Below are positions 63,234-64,000 of a DNA stretch of 64,000 nt, one piece after another. Numbering within the stretch: position 1 is the stretch's first letter; the number at the start of each line of letters is the position of its first letter. The notes beneath the pieces are model-generated. The model was not told the origin of the DNA. It saw only the letters and a list, made by a program, of their open reading frames with translations, and did not search any database. Position numbers and translations under genes: made by a program. Source of the DNA: an uncultured Actinomycetota bacterium (GTDB taxonomy: Bacteria > Actinomycetota > Actinomycetes > Propionibacteriales > Nocardioidaceae); the NCBI GenBank assembly GCA_963829635.1, contig CAWHJI010000006.1, positions 1,535-65,534 of the forward strand, given 5' to 3'.

Positions 63234-63608
63234 ATGACATACGACCTGGCCGTGTGGGAGGGACGCAGGCCGGCGAGTGCGGCCGCTGCCTCCGCCGAAT
63301 TCGAGCGTCGGATGGATGCCACGGAGGTCGCCTTTGACCAGGCCAGTGGCCCACCGCCAGCCAGTCCCGCGATCCGCAGATTCGTAGAGGCCGCGCTCGC
63401 TCGCTTCCCGGAGGCGACCGAGCATCCTGGTGACGAGTGTCCGTGGGCATCCGCGCCCTTGATCGAGGAGGCCTTCGGAGACCTCATCTACCTCCCCATG
63501 ACGTTTCAGGGCGCCGACTACGCGAGGGACGTCCTCGCCGGCATCGCGCAGGATCTGGGGTTGGTCTGCTACGACCCGCAGATCGAGGAGCTACTGCCCG
63601 CTCCTTGA
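63234..63608 (+). CDS. hypothetical protein (124 aa)
   Basis: MTYDLAVWEG...ARFP...PWAS...LGLVCYDPQ; TGCCAAGAT seven nt before ATG. Confidence 0.75.
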   Translation: MTYDLAVWEGRRPASAAAASAEFERRMDATEVAFDQASGPPPASPAIRRFVEAALARFPEATEHPGDECPWASAPLIEEAFGDLIYLPMTFQGADYARDVLAGIAQDLGLVCYDPQIEELLPAP

Positions 63609-63851
63609 ACCACCCGCCCCACCCGATTGGATTCGGCGACCTTGGCGTGGGCTGACTGCACGCTTCTGCCGCTGTCAGTACCGCATAGCCTCCGCCGATG
63701 AGCGGAGCGTAGTGAGGAGAGTCTCCCGCATCGCTGTGATGTGGGCGTGCAGACTCGGGTCACATTTCGTGGCGCGCTGCGCCGTCCACGATCCACCTAA
63801 CCTCGACCCGAGCGCGAGCGTCACCAACCTGATCCGGCAGCATGGGACCTC

Positions 63852-64000
63852 GTGAGCAGCGAACCGGGAACAGCGGGCCGGGCGGAGTTGCTGGATATCG
63901 CGTCTGGCCTCCTCGCAGGCTGGTACGCCACGGCCGCCGTCGACACCACCGTGGAACTGGGCCAGCGTGGCGAGCGGCCGAACGTGTCGCGGTTCATCAG
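63852..64000 (+). CDS. 5' part of a CDS truncated by the window end
   Basis: GTG AGC AGC GAA... open to the end of the window. Confidence 0.4.
   Translation, partial: MSSEPGTAGRAELLDIASGLLAGWYATAAVDTTVELGQRGERPNVSRFI

Larger units (their letters stand above)
61279..63709 (+). repeat. dispersed ~28-bp site repeated between island genes
   Basis: GTGCACGCTCATGCCG at 61279 and 63154, CCGCACGCTCATGCCG 62845, GTGTCCGCTCATGCCG 62553, CTGCACGCTTCTGCCG 63656, degenerate copy 62109; mirror half-sites GCCGATGAGCG at 62585 and 63694. Confidence 0.85.
61100..64000. mobile_element. left part of a putative genomic island / cassette array at the 3' end of the RNA methyltransferase gene
   Basis: Abrupt rise in A/T, including at third codon positions; short unrelated genes; repeated intergenic site; no integrase within the window. 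Confidence 0.65.

Noticed and set aside
61279-63709. Classical integron attC array or CRISPR
   Set aside because: No RYYYAAC/GTTRRRY-bounded long palindromes and no intI in the window; the spacing is gene-sized and irregular.

Overview
High-GC actinobacterial chromosome segment; gene content, gene order and repeat style suggest Nocardioides/Nocardioidaceae (inference). Positions 1-61.1 kb are mostly core genome: rpsA, coaE, a GH3 nagZ-like gene, a sigB/hrdD-like sigma, ptrB, pxpABC, dinB, sigA, convergent topo IV parE/parC, a PatA-type acetyltransferase, tdk, sepH, hemH, suhB, dut, a trkA pair, a KimA-like APC permease and a TRAM RNA methyltransferase. More than 20 genes, including essential ones, carry small frameshifts, most likely uncorrected long-read errors. 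Four signals stand out. (1) After the 3' end of the TRAM methyltransferase there is a visibly lower-GC run of short unrelated genes. Each has its own leaderless-type promoter, and they are separated by a directly repeated ~28-bp imperfect palindrome (GTGCACGCTCA-TGCCGC-right arm, 11-6-11 layout) resembling a tyrosine-recombinase site, i.e. a candidate integron-like cassette array. No recombinase is visible in the window. (2) A stand-alone GIY-YIG nuclease sits inside an array of GTAG-tagged REP-like repeats that also occur elsewhere in the window, resembling RAYT/REP organisation with a different enzyme. (3) A candidate ~190-nt structured sRNA between pxpA and pxpB is preceded by phased DnaA-box-like motifs. 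(4) parE probably starts at an ATC codon. All family assignments come from motif recognition, not database searches.
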